DNA from: Moraxella nasovis
Lineage (GTDB): Bacteria > Pseudomonadota > Gammaproteobacteria > Pseudomonadales > Moraxellaceae
Reading direction: 5' to 3'
DNA length: 32,000 nt
Assembly (NCBI RefSeq): GCF_022701215.1
Contig: NZ_CP089976.1
Span: 210,001 to 242,000, forward strand
A program made the translations under genes and the position numbers. The notes under the pieces were generated by a model that ran no database searches, was not told where the DNA came from, and saw only the letters and a list, made by a program, of their open reading frames with translations. Every line of letters starts with the position of its first letter. The stretch's first letter is position 1. This document shows positions 1-9,237 of the stretch, piece after piece.

Positions 1-706
1 ACACCTTGCACCGTTTATTGCAAGCCACAGCGTAACCCCTGTATTTAACGCCGCTCAGAATAATTCAGCTGTATCAGCAGCAGCGTATGGCTCAGCAAGC
101 ATCTTGCCAATCTCGTGGATGTACATCACCATGATGGGCGGCGATGGCTTAACAGCAGCAACCAAGCGTGCATTACTAAACGCCAACTATGTCGCTAAGT
201 CCTTAGAAAGCGATTATCCTGTTTTATATAAAGGTAAAAATGGCTTTGTGGCACACGAATGTATCATTGACATTCGTCCGCTCAAAGAAGAAACAGGCAT
301 CACTGAAACTGACATTGCCAAACGCTTGATGGATTATGGCTTTCACGCACCGACCATGAGCTTTCCTGTAGCAGGTACACTCATGATTGAGCCGACCGAA
401 TCAGAAGATATTGCCGAGCTTGACCGCTTTATTTCAGCACTCAAACAAATCAAGCAAGAAGCACTGGATGTGAAAGCTGGTAATCATGGCTATACTTTAG
501 ACAATAACCCACTGGTGAACGCTCCGCACACTGCAAGTGTCGTAACAGCCAAATCTTGGGAACGCCCTTATAGCCGTGATTATGCTGCATTCCCATTAGA
601 ATACGTCCGCCGTCATAAGTTTTGGCCAAGCGTTGGGCGTGTAGATGATGTCTATGGCGATAAGAATCTTATGTGTTCTTGCCCAAGCATTGATAATTAC
701 GAATAA
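1..706 (+). CDS. gcvP: Glycine dehydrogenase (aminomethyl-transferring), glycine cleavage system P protein, C-terminal part (5' end outside window)
   Basis: Frame 2 is open from the window edge to TAA at 704-706. The translation HLAPFIASH...[18 protein letters not shown]...[23 protein letters not shown] matches the conserved C-terminal region of GcvP. Confidence 0.93.
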   Translation, partial: HLAPFIASHSVTPVFNAAQNNSAVSAAAYGSASILPISWMYITMMGGDGLTAATKRALLNANYVAKSLESDYPVLYKGKNGFVAHECIIDIRPLKEETGITETDIAKRLMDYGFHAPTMSFPVAGTLMIEPTESEDIAELDRFISALKQIKQEALDVKAGNHGYTLDNNPLVNAPHTASVVTAKSWERPYSRDYAAFPLEYVRRHKFWPSVGRVDDVYGDKNLMCSCPSIDNYE

Positions 707-723
707 GTCTACTTATTTATGCC

Positions 724-758
724 AAATACCCTGATTGTATCATCAGGGTATTTTTATT
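724..758 (+). terminator. Rho-independent terminator after gcvP
   Basis: 12-bp perfect stem AAATACCCTGAT / ATCAGGGTATTT (724-735 / 742-753) with a 6-nt loop, followed by TTATT. Confidence 0.8.
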
Positions 759-832
759 GAGTGAACGACAAAAAAAAGCTTTTGTGGTAGAATTGGCAAC
801 CTGCAAATGAACACTGCTTTACTGGAGATTAA

Positions 833-3127
833 TTGGTGATGACCAACCCTGCCGATTTAGACCATATTCTTAAACATATTGCTGCACTGAGCGATCTACC
901 AGAAGCACAGTCACTTAAGCGACTCATTGACTATCTTCGCACTCCCAAAGATGATCAAGAAGCTAGCAATGCTAAAATATTAGAATTGATTGAAATTTTG
1001 CAAGCCAATCCTGAATATGGTGAAGGCTTGGTGGCATTTATCTTACGCCTTATCAACCAATACAGCCAGATTCCATTGTATGTAGATACTGGTATTGCAC
1101 TTGATCATGGATTTTTTCAAAGTTTTAATCGACTCATCGCCCACCGTTTTTTACCACTTTTACCCCAAGAAGATTCTGTGGTTGAATTGGCGGCATACTT
1201 ATTTGATCAAGATAATGATTTACAGTGGCTTAGTACGATTGCAGAAGAGCATTGGGAAGCGTTGGTGGATTTATTAAAGGTAAAATCTGATGATTTACAT
1301 TTAGTTGCCACCGCCAAAAATAACATTCTAAACGCCATTGTTATTTTATCGTATCGTATCGCTGGCATGGGATTGCATCCTGACCTAATGATCGCCTACC
1401 CGCAGATGCTAAATCATTCTGCCGCTTTTGTCGCCCAAAACCAAGAAGCTGTACTGTTTGCAAACGACTACCGTAAGGCACACGACCTAGACTCGCTGAC
1501 TGATATTGCACCAGAAGATGATATCTACCCTGCACAGCTGTTAGTCATGCTAGAACAATGTAATGACATCGTGGTTAATGTGCGAAAACGCATTTATAAA
1601 ACTGGTATTTCTATTCGCTTAACCAACCTAATTGTTCGCCTTGAGCAAAGCTTGCATCGCATGGGTGTCTTGATTGCTCTTTTATGTGATAAAAAGCAGC
1701 GTGATAACGCCATTGTTGAGCTAACTTCTCAAATTGCCCTGACCGCCAAAACTCGTTACAGCTTTAGTTATCTGATTGAAAGTAATACCAAACTTTTGTC
1801 ACGAAAGGTGACTGAAAATGCCAGCAAGGTGGGTGAACATTACATCAGCACCGATAAGGCAGGTTACCGTAAAATGTACAAAAAAGCAGCACTCGGCGGC
1901 TTTTTCATCGCATTTATGGCAACCTTAAAAATCTTAGGTTACCGACTGGTCTTAGCACCAGTTGGCAGTGCTTTTATGAACAGTATGATTTATGGTCTAG
2001 GCTTTGTGGTGATTCATATCGCAGGTGGTACTGTTGCAACCAAACAGCCTGCCATGACAGCTGCTGCCATCGCATCCACACTATCTGAAGGCAATGGCAC
2101 AAACAACAAGAAAACTCAGCAACTCATCAAGCTTTCTGAGATCATAGTAGATATTTTAAGAACGCAGTTTGTTGCCATCTTAGGCAACATTTCTATTGCC
2201 ATGCCTATCTCATTAGCCATTGCGTATGCTTGGGTGTATTTTAATGATTCACCTATGATTACTGGGGTACAGGCGGCACATTTATTACACGACTTAGATC
2301 CGATTCACTCCCTATCTTTACCACATGCAGCGATTGCAGGCGTGTACTTATTCTTATCAGGTCTCATCTCTGGCTATTATGATAACTTAGCAGCATATAA
2401 TAAAGTTGGCGAACGTGTAAAACGTCACCCTTTGCTTGCTAAGATTATGTCTAAATCGTGGCAAGACAAACTTGGCAACTTTGTGGAAGCCAACCTTGGT
2501 GCGATTATGGGAAACTTCATTTTTGGCTGTTTTTTAGGCTCAACTGCAACCATCGGCTATATGCTAGGCTTGCCAATTGACATTCGCCACATTGCTTTTT
2601 CAGCTGCCAACTTTGTACATGGACTGTTTTATCTACCTGCCGCAGATTTGACATGGCAGCTGATTTTGATCTCATTTGTGGGCGTTTTACTCATCGGTAT
2701 GGTAAACTTAATGGTAAGCTTTTCGCTTGCATTATTTGTTGCCTTACGCTCAAAAGAAGTACGCTTCTTTGAGTGGCAGCGACTAAATCGGCTTGTCTTT
2801 GAGCATTTTTTGGTACGCCCATTAGACTTTTTTCTGCCACGCAATGAATCGGTGAAATACACTCGCATTGACAGCGAAGGTAGAATCATTTATGAAGAGA
2901 TTATTGATGAAAAAGAGCCCCAAGGACGTGTCCTGCCCGATAGTTATGTTGTACGTAGACTTGGGCGTCTATCTAAGAAAAAACCCCAAGAAAACGAATC
3001 ACCTGAGGTTGTTGATACAGCAGAAAATGTAGTAAACGACGCCACTCCACCAGCTCAACATGATGATTTTTCAGGTGCGGACAATCCGCTGCCAAAACCT
3101 GAGAGACCACCAAATCTGCCTAAATAA
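833..3127 (+). CDS. Large polytopic inner-membrane protein, probably the family annotated as 'site-specific recombinase' (Gcr-like, Pfam PF10136); true function unclear
   Basis: 764-aa ORF. It has a soluble helical N-terminal third, multiple hydrophobic segments from about aa 360 to 650, and a Pro/Glu-rich C-terminal tail. The family assignment is from memory of the N-terminal pattern and overall architecture, not from a search. Confidence 0.55.
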   Translation: MVMTNPADLDHILKHIAALSDLPEAQSLKRLIDYLRTPKDDQEASNAKILELIEILQANPEYGEGLVAFILRLINQYSQIPLYVDTGIALDHGFFQSFNRLIAHRFLPLLPQEDSVVELAAYLFDQDNDLQWLSTIAEEHWEALVDLLKVKSDDLHLVATAKNNILNAIVILSYRIAGMGLHPDLMIAYPQMLNHSAAFVAQNQEAVLFANDYRKAHDLDSLTDIAPEDDIYPAQLLVMLEQCNDIVVNVRKRIYKTGISIRLTNLIVRLEQSLHRMGVLIALLCDKKQRDNAIVELTSQIALTAKTRYSFSYLIESNTKLLSRKVTENASKVGEHYISTDKAGYRKMYKKAALGGFFIAFMATLKILGYRLVLAPVGSAFMNSMIYGLGFVVIHIAGGTVATKQPAMTAAAIASTLSEGNGTNNKKTQQLIKLSEIIVDILRTQFVAILGNISIAMPISLAIAYAWVYFNDSPMITGVQAAHLLHDLDPIHSLSLPHAAIAGVYLFLSGLISGYYDNLAAYNKVGERVKRHPLLAKIMSKSWQDKLGNFVEANLGAIMGNFIFGCFLGSTATIGYMLGLPIDIRHIAFSAANFVHGLFYLPAADLTWQLILISFVGVLLIGMVNLMVSFSLALFVALRSKEVRFFEWQRLNRLVFEHFLVRPLDFFLPRNESVKYTRIDSEGRIIYEEIIDEKEPQGRVLPDSYVVRRLGRLSKKKPQENESPEVVDTAENVVNDATPPAQHDDFSGADNPLPKPERPPNLPK

Positions 3128-3144
3128 CCTAATTAAAAGTAAAT

Positions 3145-3178
3145 AAAATACCCAGCCTATCAAACTGGGTATTTTTAT
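3145..3178. terminator. Bidirectional rho-independent terminator between the 764-aa gene (+) and the COG0720 gene (-)
   Basis: 11-bp stem AAAATACCCAG / CTGGGTATTTT (3145-3155 / 3165-3175) with a 9-nt loop. There is an A-run upstream and a T-run downstream, and it lies between convergent genes. Confidence 0.8.
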
Positions 3179-3191
3179 GAAAACCAATAAG

Positions 3192-3788
3192 CTAGTCTGT
3201 TACTTGTAGTACTACCCTAGGATTGATGAATTTTTGTCCATTTAGCAGCTTATCGTACATCTTAGGATCATGCCATTCGGCTTTAACTTGGTCGCTAAAC
3301 CTAAAGTCTTCTAAGTTTAATACACCCATCTGCTTATTATTCACATCATCAATAAAGCACTGAGCATAGCCAGTATCTGTCTCATGCACGATAACTGAAT
3401 AGACGCTGACGTCGCTTTCTCCATTTTGCATTATGGTTTGTTTTAAAATCTGACTTGCCCAAAAGAAAATCACACGGCTAAACTGCTCAGCAGATGGTGA
3501 AACAGGCAGGCTAATCCATCGATCACTAAAGCGTTTACACGCATCAATATAATCAACGTCATCCTTATCCCAAAACGTGATGGCATGATCAAAGCTGTCA
3601 ATAATGTCTTTGATTGATGACTTTAACAGACCAAAATCATAAACCATCTGCCCATGATCCAAGCGATGAGCTTCTAAAATCAATTCAACTTTATAGCTAT
3701 GCCCATGAATAGAAAATTTACAGCGGTCTGAGCTGCAATTACGCACAATATGTGCATTTTCAAATTTAAAAAGTTTACGAATTTGCAT
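3192..3788 (-). CDS. 6-carboxytetrahydropterin / 6-pyruvoyl-tetrahydropterin synthase family protein (COG0720, QueD-like paralog)
   Basis: Translation FKFENAHIVRNCSSDRCKFSIHGHSYKVEL...VHETDTGYA carries the Cys...HGH zinc and catalytic signature of the PTPS/QueD fold. The ORF track extends to 3833, but the ATG at 3788 (MQIRKLFKFENAH) gives a family-typical N-terminus. Confidence 0.75.
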   Translation of the reverse strand: MQIRKLFKFENAHIVRNCSSDRCKFSIHGHSYKVELILEAHRLDHGQMVYDFGLLKSSIKDIIDSFDHAITFWDKDDVDYIDACKRFSDRWISLPVSPSAEQFSRVIFFWASQILKQTIMQNGESDVSVYSVIVHETDTGYAQCFIDDVNNKQMGVLNLEDFRFSDQVKAEWHDPKMYDKLLNGQKFINPRVVLQVTD

Positions 3789-3847
3789 AAATAATATGAT
3801 ATAAATAAGGCGTGGCGACAATCTATCACGCAAGTTATTAAAGGCAA

Positions 3848-3912
3848 GGTGTATTGATATACTTGTGTTTTGGGATAAAAATAATAAATATCAATACACC
3901 CTAATTTTTTTT
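3848..3912 (+). other. Strong hairpin followed by T8 in the divergent COG0720/trpG intergenic region (terminator-like, orphan)
   Basis: 13-bp perfect stem GGTGTATTGATAT / ATATCAATACACC (3848-3860 / 3888-3900) with a 27-nt loop, then CTAA plus T8 (3905-3912). No plus-strand gene ends upstream of it. Confidence 0.5.
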
Positions 3913-4154
3913 ATAAGTTTATCACAACACAAAGATTATGGGGTGATTTTATGGCAAATAATTTTTGCATGATTAAGAAAATTAGCTAAATTTTATAATG
4001 CTTAAAATAGCACTAAAAGTTGTCGCATTTTAATGAAATATAATATAAATTCTGATAGAATGACTTTTCATATTATCTGGTTTATGCCAATCATCGGCAA
4101 TACAAAATAATGGCTATTTAAATAAAATATCAACACAATCAACGAGATAAATTA

Positions 4155-4778
4155 ATGATTCTAATCATTGACAATTTTTGTAGCTTTACTTATAACATCG
4201 TGCAGTACTTTAGTGAGCTGCAACAAAATGTCATTGTCAAACAAAACGATCAAATCAGCCTTGATGACATCAAACAACTAAAACCTGATGCCATCGTGCT
4301 TGGTCCAGGTCCTTGTACACCGAACGAAGCAGGCATCAGCTTACCCATCTTAAAGCATATCAGCACGACAATCCCCACGCTTGGGGTGTGTCTTGGACAT
4401 CAGGCGATTGGGCAGGCTTTTGGGGGTCGTGTGGTGCAAGCCGATGAAATCATGCACGGCAGACTATCTAGTATTTACCATGATGGCTTGGGGGTATTTA
4501 CTGACTTGCCAGCACCCTTTGATGCCACACGCTACCACTCTTTAGTCATTGATAAGGCAAGCCTACCACAGTGCCTAAGCGTTACTGCTTGGACTGCGAA
4601 CCAAGATGGCTCAATCAAAGAAATTATGGGCGTTCGCCATCAATTTTTACCAATACAAGGGGTACAGTTTCACCCAGAATCCATTCTTAGTGAGCATGGC
4701 TATCAGATTTTTAATAACTTTTTGCACCAGCATGGACTTGCCAAGCTTGACAATCAACACTTACCCAAAGTAGCATGA
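4155..4778 (+). CDS. trpG: Anthranilate synthase component II / aminodeoxychorismate synthase glutamine amidotransferase subunit
   Basis: 207 aa. Class I glutamine amidotransferase motifs are present ([13 protein letters not shown] and GVQFHPES), and the gene is followed by trpD and trpC. Confidence 0.92.
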   Translation: MILIIDNFCSFTYNIVQYFSELQQNVIVKQNDQISLDDIKQLKPDAIVLGPGPCTPNEAGISLPILKHISTTIPTLGVCLGHQAIGQAFGGRVVQADEIMHGRLSSIYHDGLGVFTDLPAPFDATRYHSLVIDKASLPQCLSVTAWTANQDGSIKEIMGVRHQFLPIQGVQFHPESILSEHGYQIFNNFLHQHGLAKLDNQHLPKVA

Positions 4779-4808
4779 CAGACAACACTCATTATTTCAA
4801 GGCTTATC

Positions 4809-5891
4809 ATGAATACCGCCCACGACATCTTAAACTTATCTGACGATGAGATTAGTCAAATTCTCACCACCGCTTTAGATAAACTACTAAATAACATTGA
4901 TTTAGACAGCACACTCATGCGTCAAGTCATGCTTATCATCATGCAAGGACGCTGCCCTGATGCCTTAATGGGAGCGATTCTTGTCGCCTTACGCATTAAA
5001 GGCGAGACCATTGACGAGATTACCGCATGTGCATCTGTCATGATTGAGCTTGCTGATAAAATCACCCTGCCATCGCTTGATTATGTCGTTGATATCGTGG
5101 GGACCGGTGGAGATGGGGCAAACCTATTTAACATTTCAACAGCTTGTGCCTTCGTGGCAGCAGCAGCTGGGGTTACTATCGCTAAGCATGGCAATCGTGG
5201 CGTATCTACACGTTCAGGCTCATCGGATTTGCTTGAACAAGCAGGCATCGCACTAAACTTAGATAAGTCGCAGACCTTAGAATGCATTACCAAGCAAGGC
5301 ATTGGATTTTTATTTGCTCCAAATTACCACGCCGCTATGAAACACGCCATTGGTGTGCGTCGCCAACTAAAAGCACGTACCATCTTTAATATTTTAGGAC
5401 CGCTGACCAATCCTGCAGGTGTTAAAAATGCCGTCATCGGCACATTTAGCGAAGAATTATGCGAACCACTGGCTCACGTTTTTAGAAATCTTGGGGCAAA
5501 TCATGTCATCGTAGCAAGCTCACATGATGGGCTTGATGAGTTTAGCTTAGCGGAAGCGACATACGTTGCAGAGTTAAAAAACGGCAAGATAAGCACTTAT
5601 AATGTAAGCCCAGAAGACTTTGGTATCAACTCCCAAACTCTAAACGGACTAAAGGTGCATGATTCTTCTGAAAGTCTGACGCTTATCCGTGCTGCTTTAG
5701 CTGGCAAAAGCGAGGATCAGACCATCAAAAAAGCCCAAGATATTCTTGCCATCAATGCAGGTGCAGCTATTTATGTGTCAGGTCTAGCAGATAGCCACAC
5801 CCAAGGTGTACTTACGGCTCGCCGTGTGATTGAAAGTGGCAAGGCACTCGTTAAGCTTGACGAATACGCCAAATTCACCCAAAGCCTTTAA
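4809..5891 (+). CDS. trpD: Anthranilate phosphoribosyltransferase
   Basis: 360 aa with VDIVGTGGDGANLFNISTA and KHGNRGVSTRSGSSDLLE motifs typical of TrpD. It sits in trpG-D-C order. Confidence 0.95.
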   Translation: MNTAHDILNLSDDEISQILTTALDKLLNNIDLDSTLMRQVMLIIMQGRCPDALMGAILVALRIKGETIDEITACASVMIELADKITLPSLDYVVDIVGTGGDGANLFNISTACAFVAAAAGVTIAKHGNRGVSTRSGSSDLLEQAGIALNLDKSQTLECITKQGIGFLFAPNYHAAMKHAIGVRRQLKARTIFNILGPLTNPAGVKNAVIGTFSEELCEPLAHVFRNLGANHVIVASSHDGLDEFSLAEATYVAELKNGKISTYNVSPEDFGINSQTLNGLKVHDSSESLTLIRAALAGKSEDQTIKKAQDILAINAGAAIYVSGLADSHTQGVLTARRVIESGKALVKLDEYAKFTQSL

Positions 5892-5913
5892 CTTTATTTA
5901 AACAGTGATTATC

Positions 5914-6741
5914 ATGCAAAACACACCTAGCATTTTACAAAAAATCATAGCAACCAAACATCAAGAAATCGCTGCTGCAAAAACCAAAATAAGTCTTGAT
6001 GCCTTGCAAAAAAAAGTTGCCGACTTAACAGAGCCCCCTAGAGGATTTGCAAACGCCTTACGCCAAAAAGCAAAAGCTGGCAAAATAGGCATTATCAGTG
6101 AAGTTAAAAAGGCATCGCCATCAAAAGGGGTGATTTGTCAAAATTTTGACCCAAAATCTGCTGCTATCGGCTATCAAAACGCAGGGGCAGCTTGCATCTC
6201 GGTGCTAACTGATCGTGAGTATTTCTTAGGTCATGAAGATTACTTAGCACAAGTAAGGTCGGTTAGTCATTTGCCCATACTGCGTAAAGATTTTATGGTG
6301 TCAGAGTATCACATCTATGAATCTCGCTTAATGGGTGCAGACTGTATTTTACTGATTATGGCTTGCCTTGATGATGAGACAGTATCACGCCTTCATGCTA
6401 CCGCCATAGAACTTAAAATGGATGTCTTGATTGAAATTCACACCAAAGAAGAGCTAGTGCGTGCATTAAAGTTGCCTTATTCTACCCATAATATCTATGG
6501 TATCAACAACCGTAATTTGAACACATTTGAAGTGGATTTACAGCACAGCATTCGACTATGTCAGGCGTTATTTGACACGCTTGGCAAGGACGCCTTGATT
6601 GTGAGTGAAAGCGGTCTTGATAATGCCAAAGATATTCAGCTAATGCTTGATAATAACATTCATCATTTTCTCATCGGTGAGCAGTTCATGAAAACAAATG
6701 ATGCAGGCAAGGCATTGGCAGATTTACTCAATGATTTATAG
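5914..6741 (+). CDS. trpC: Indole-3-glycerol phosphate synthase
   Basis: Translation IIATKHQEI...IISEVKKASPSKGVI...ISVLTDREYF matches IGPS. The ORF track starts at GTG 5905, but ATG 5914 (MQNTPSIL) is the more likely start. Confidence 0.93.
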   Translation: MQNTPSILQKIIATKHQEIAAAKTKISLDALQKKVADLTEPPRGFANALRQKAKAGKIGIISEVKKASPSKGVICQNFDPKSAAIGYQNAGAACISVLTDREYFLGHEDYLAQVRSVSHLPILRKDFMVSEYHIYESRLMGADCILLIMACLDDETVSRLHATAIELKMDVLIEIHTKEELVRALKLPYSTHNIYGINNRNLNTFEVDLQHSIRLCQALFDTLGKDALIVSESGLDNAKDIQLMLDNNIHHFLIGEQFMKTNDAGKALADLLNDL

Positions 6742-6756
6742 CCGATAATCGGCAAT

Positions 6757-6793
6757 AAAAAGCCGCTCACTAGATTTTAGCGAGCGGCTTTTT
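6757..6793. terminator. Bidirectional rho-independent terminator between trpC (+) and the MarC-family gene (-)
   Basis: 12-bp stem AAAAAGCCGCTC / GAGCGGCTTTTT (6757-6768 / 6782-6793) with a 13-nt loop, flanked by an A-run and a T-run, between convergent genes. Confidence 0.85.
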
Positions 6794-6804
6794 ATTGGAC
6801 TAAT

Positions 6805-7434
6805 TTAACTCATCACATATGGCAAAATCGCCTTTAGCCCATTAATGGTAATCTCAACAGCCACCGCAGCTAGCAGCATACCCATCACACGGCTTAAAAT
6901 ATTTAAACCCGTATTCCCCAAAAATCGACTTAAACGACCCGCTGCCATCAAGCCAGAATAGCAAAACAAACTGATAAAAAGACCAGCTGCAATAATCGCC
7001 ACTGTCTCAAACCAACCGCCAGGTCGGCTTGAATAAATAATAACAGTTGAAATACCGCCAGGTCCAATCATCATTGGTATTGCAAGTGGCACTACCGCTG
7101 AAGCAGTTAAGGTTGTTTTAATTTCAATATCTTCTTCATTGGGTTTAACAGGATTGCCATCACCATTCATCATGCTAATGGCAATTAAAAACACCAAGAT
7201 GCCACCTGCCACTTGGAATGAACCGATAGAAATCCCTAAGAATTTTAATAAAAATTCCCCAAGCAAGGCAAAAAATGCAATCGTTACAAAAATGGTCGTG
7301 CAAGCAATCTGTGCTACCTTACGGCGATCGGCAACACTGTAATTTTTGGTAAGATTTAAAAATAACCCTAAAGCACTAAAGGGATTCATCAGCACCAAAA
7401 ATGCCAGAAAAATTTTAATAAATTCGGTATCCAT
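6805..7434 (-). CDS. MarC family (UPF0056 / NAAT) integral membrane protein
   Basis: 209 aa with about 6 hydrophobic segments and an N-terminal FLVLMNPFSALGLFL motif characteristic of the MarC family. Confidence 0.8.
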   Translation of the reverse strand: MDTEFIKIFLAFLVLMNPFSALGLFLNLTKNYSVADRRKVAQIACTTIFVTIAFFALLGEFLLKFLGISIGSFQVAGGILVFLIAISMMNGDGNPVKPNEEDIEIKTTLTASAVVPLAIPMMIGPGGISTVIIYSSRPGGWFETVAIIAAGLFISLFCYSGLMAAGRLSRFLGNTGLNILSRVMGMLLAAVAVEITINGLKAILPYVMS

Positions 7435-7492
7435 ATCATAAGCTCTTATGTCATATCAAAACAGGTCTATATCGCTCATGCCAAGCATGAAC

Positions 7493-7525
7493 TTGATAAA
7501 AAGTTTACTTATTAATCAAGTAACT
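7493..7525 (-). terminator. Probable rho-independent terminator after cdsA
   Basis: Minus strand reads AGTTACTT-GATTAAT-AAGTAAACT (8 bp with one bulged A) followed by TTTTTAT. It starts 5 nt after the cdsA stop. Confidence 0.55.
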
Positions 7526-7529
7526 CGCC

Positions 7530-8351
7530 TTAGTTTAGCTGCGTTAAATGTGGCAATACATTGGCATATACAAGTACCCAAACTCCGAGTGCAAAGACTG
7601 GGGTGGCAGATAACAATGAATCAATGCGATCAAGCACGCCGCCATGACCAGGTAAAATCGTACCAGAATCCTTAATGCCTGCTCGACGCTTTAACATCGA
7701 CTCAAACAAATCACCCAGTACGCTAGCCATGACGGTCAGCACCGACAATAACAAAAAGGCGACGAAAGCTGTGCCACTAAATCCAAGCCAAATACTCACC
7801 CCTACGACCACAACGCCTGCCGTTACCAGTCCGCCAATCAGACCTTCAACACTCTTATTTGGCGATACATTAGGGGCAAGCTTACGTCTGCCAAACTTTC
7901 TACCCACAAAATAAGCGCCACTATCAGCACACCACACCAATAAAAAGACATACATCAGCCACCAAGGTGACATGGACCATAAGCTGTACATTGCTGTAAT
8001 GCTGGCAGTTAAAATAACAATACCCATAAAAAATAAACGGCGTCCATACCATTTTTCTTGGTCAGGATATACAAGCACCCATTTTAGTGCCATCACCCAA
8101 ATGCCAAATGACAAAAGCCACCATACCACCCAAACATAAGCAATTAAAATACTGATCATGGTTACCACCAATGACAGCAGGATAAATCGTGCTGGGAACT
8201 TCATCTTAGGCATAAGCTTCGTCCATTCATGGCTAGCGATAAGTGTACCTAATGCCAATAATGGTAAAAATAATACTGGCAAACGTGTGGTGAACATCGC
8301 CACACCGACAATCAGCACCAAGATAATGGCGGTTTTAATTCGTTGCCACAT
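7530..8351 (-). CDS. cdsA: Phosphatidate cytidylyltransferase (CDP-diglyceride synthase)
   Basis: 273-aa polytopic protein with the C-terminal signature SMLKRRAGIKDSGTILPGHGGVLDRIDS. It follows uppS and overlaps it by 17 nt. Confidence 0.93.
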   Translation of the reverse strand: MWQRIKTAIILVLIVGVAMFTTRLPVLFLPLLALGTLIASHEWTKLMPKMKFPARFILLSLVVTMISILIAYVWVVWWLLSFGIWVMALKWVLVYPDQEKWYGRRLFFMGIVILTASITAMYSLWSMSPWWLMYVFLLVWCADSGAYFVGRKFGRRKLAPNVSPNKSVEGLIGGLVTAGVVVVGVSIWLGFSGTAFVAFLLLSVLTVMASVLGDLFESMLKRRAGIKDSGTILPGHGGVLDRIDSLLSATPVFALGVWVLVYANVLPHLTQLN

Positions 8352-9117
8352 ATTTTATCCTTGTGTTTTTTTGGGTTTGTTGCAAAGCGATTTGCTCTTG
8401 GGTTTGCCCAAATCGGCGTTCACGCATAGCAAAATCAGTCAGTATTTCATCAAACTCTTCTGGGGTAAATTCTGGCCACAACGTCTGGGTAAAATACAGC
8501 TCTGCATATGCAGCTTGCCATAATAAAAAATTAGAAATGCGAAATTCGCCACCTGTACGGATTAGCATATCCACAGGTGGGCAATCTGACAAGCAAACGT
8601 ATTTGCCAAGCATGTCTGTGTTAATGTCTAAAACATCAATCTCACCACTCACTGCCTTTTTGGCGAGTGTTTGACAGGCGTTCGTCATATCCCATTGACC
8701 GCCATAGCTGATGGCGATAACTAAAGTCATAGCACAAAACTGTGCTGTTTGTGCTTCAGCATCCGACATTAATTGGATTAAATCATCGCTTAAGCGGCTG
8801 CGATCCCCAATAAATCTTAAGCGAATTTGATATTTATGCATGCGTGGCATTTGTTCATTAATGGTGTTTTTAAGTAGTGCCATTAATAAATCTACTTCAC
8901 CCTTTGGTCTTGCCCAATTCTCCGATGAAAATGCAAAAACCGTCAGCACCTTTATCCCTTTTGCCAAGCAATGCTCTACGATAGGGTCTAGTGCGTCTTT
9001 ACCCGCCTTATGCCCCATGCCAGTAGCTAGGTTTTGAGCCTTGCCATAGCGATTATTGCCATCCATAATAATTGCAACGTGTTCAGGCACAACAACAGAG
9101 TGGTTAATATTTGACAT
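8335..9117 (-). CDS. uppS: Ditrans,polycis-undecaprenyl-diphosphate synthase (isoprenyl transferase)
   Basis: 260 aa with the HVAIIMDGNNRYGK, FAFSSENWARP and LIRTGGEFRISNFLLWQAAYAELYF motifs. Confidence 0.95.
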   Translation of the reverse strand: MSNINHSVVVPEHVAIIMDGNNRYGKAQNLATGMGHKAGKDALDPIVEHCLAKGIKVLTVFAFSSENWARPKGEVDLLMALLKNTINEQMPRMHKYQIRLRFIGDRSRLSDDLIQLMSDAEAQTAQFCAMTLVIAISYGGQWDMTNACQTLAKKAVSGEIDVLDINTDMLGKYVCLSDCPPVDMLIRTGGEFRISNFLLWQAAYAELYFTQTLWPEFTPEEFDEILTDFAMRERRFGQTQEQIALQQTQKNTRIKYVATN

Positions 9118-9237
9118 AAGTTATGGGCTTTTTTAAATTGATTAAATTAATAATAGGCGGGATAATTGTATAAACTGATATAAAGAACAAAAACCGCTTT
9201 GGTATCCCCATCACGGTTTTTAGTTAGGCTTGATGAT

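Noticed and set aside
724-3178. The two terminators flanking the 764-aa gene share outer arms (AAATACCC ... GGGTATTTTTAT).
   Set aside because: Only about 8 nt of each arm are identical, and inner stems and loops differ. This is compatible with chance convergence of A/T-flanked GC-core terminators. A genome-wide count would be needed to call it a repeat family.
3789-3920. preQ1 riboswitch in the leader of the QueD-like gene (minus strand).
   Set aside because: Reading the minus strand, I could not find the short P1 hairpin plus A-rich tail consensus of preQ1-I. The big 13-bp hairpin has a 27-nt loop unlike known preQ1 aptamers. This needs cmscan to exclude it formally.
3901-4154. Possible trp leader peptide or attenuator upstream of trpGDC.
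   Set aside because: The short ORFs in this region (MG*, MANNFCMIKKIS*, MLKIALKVVAF*, MKYNINSDRMTFHIIWFMPIIGNTK*) contain at most one Trp codon and no tandem TGG. No terminator/antiterminator pair lies directly before trpG.
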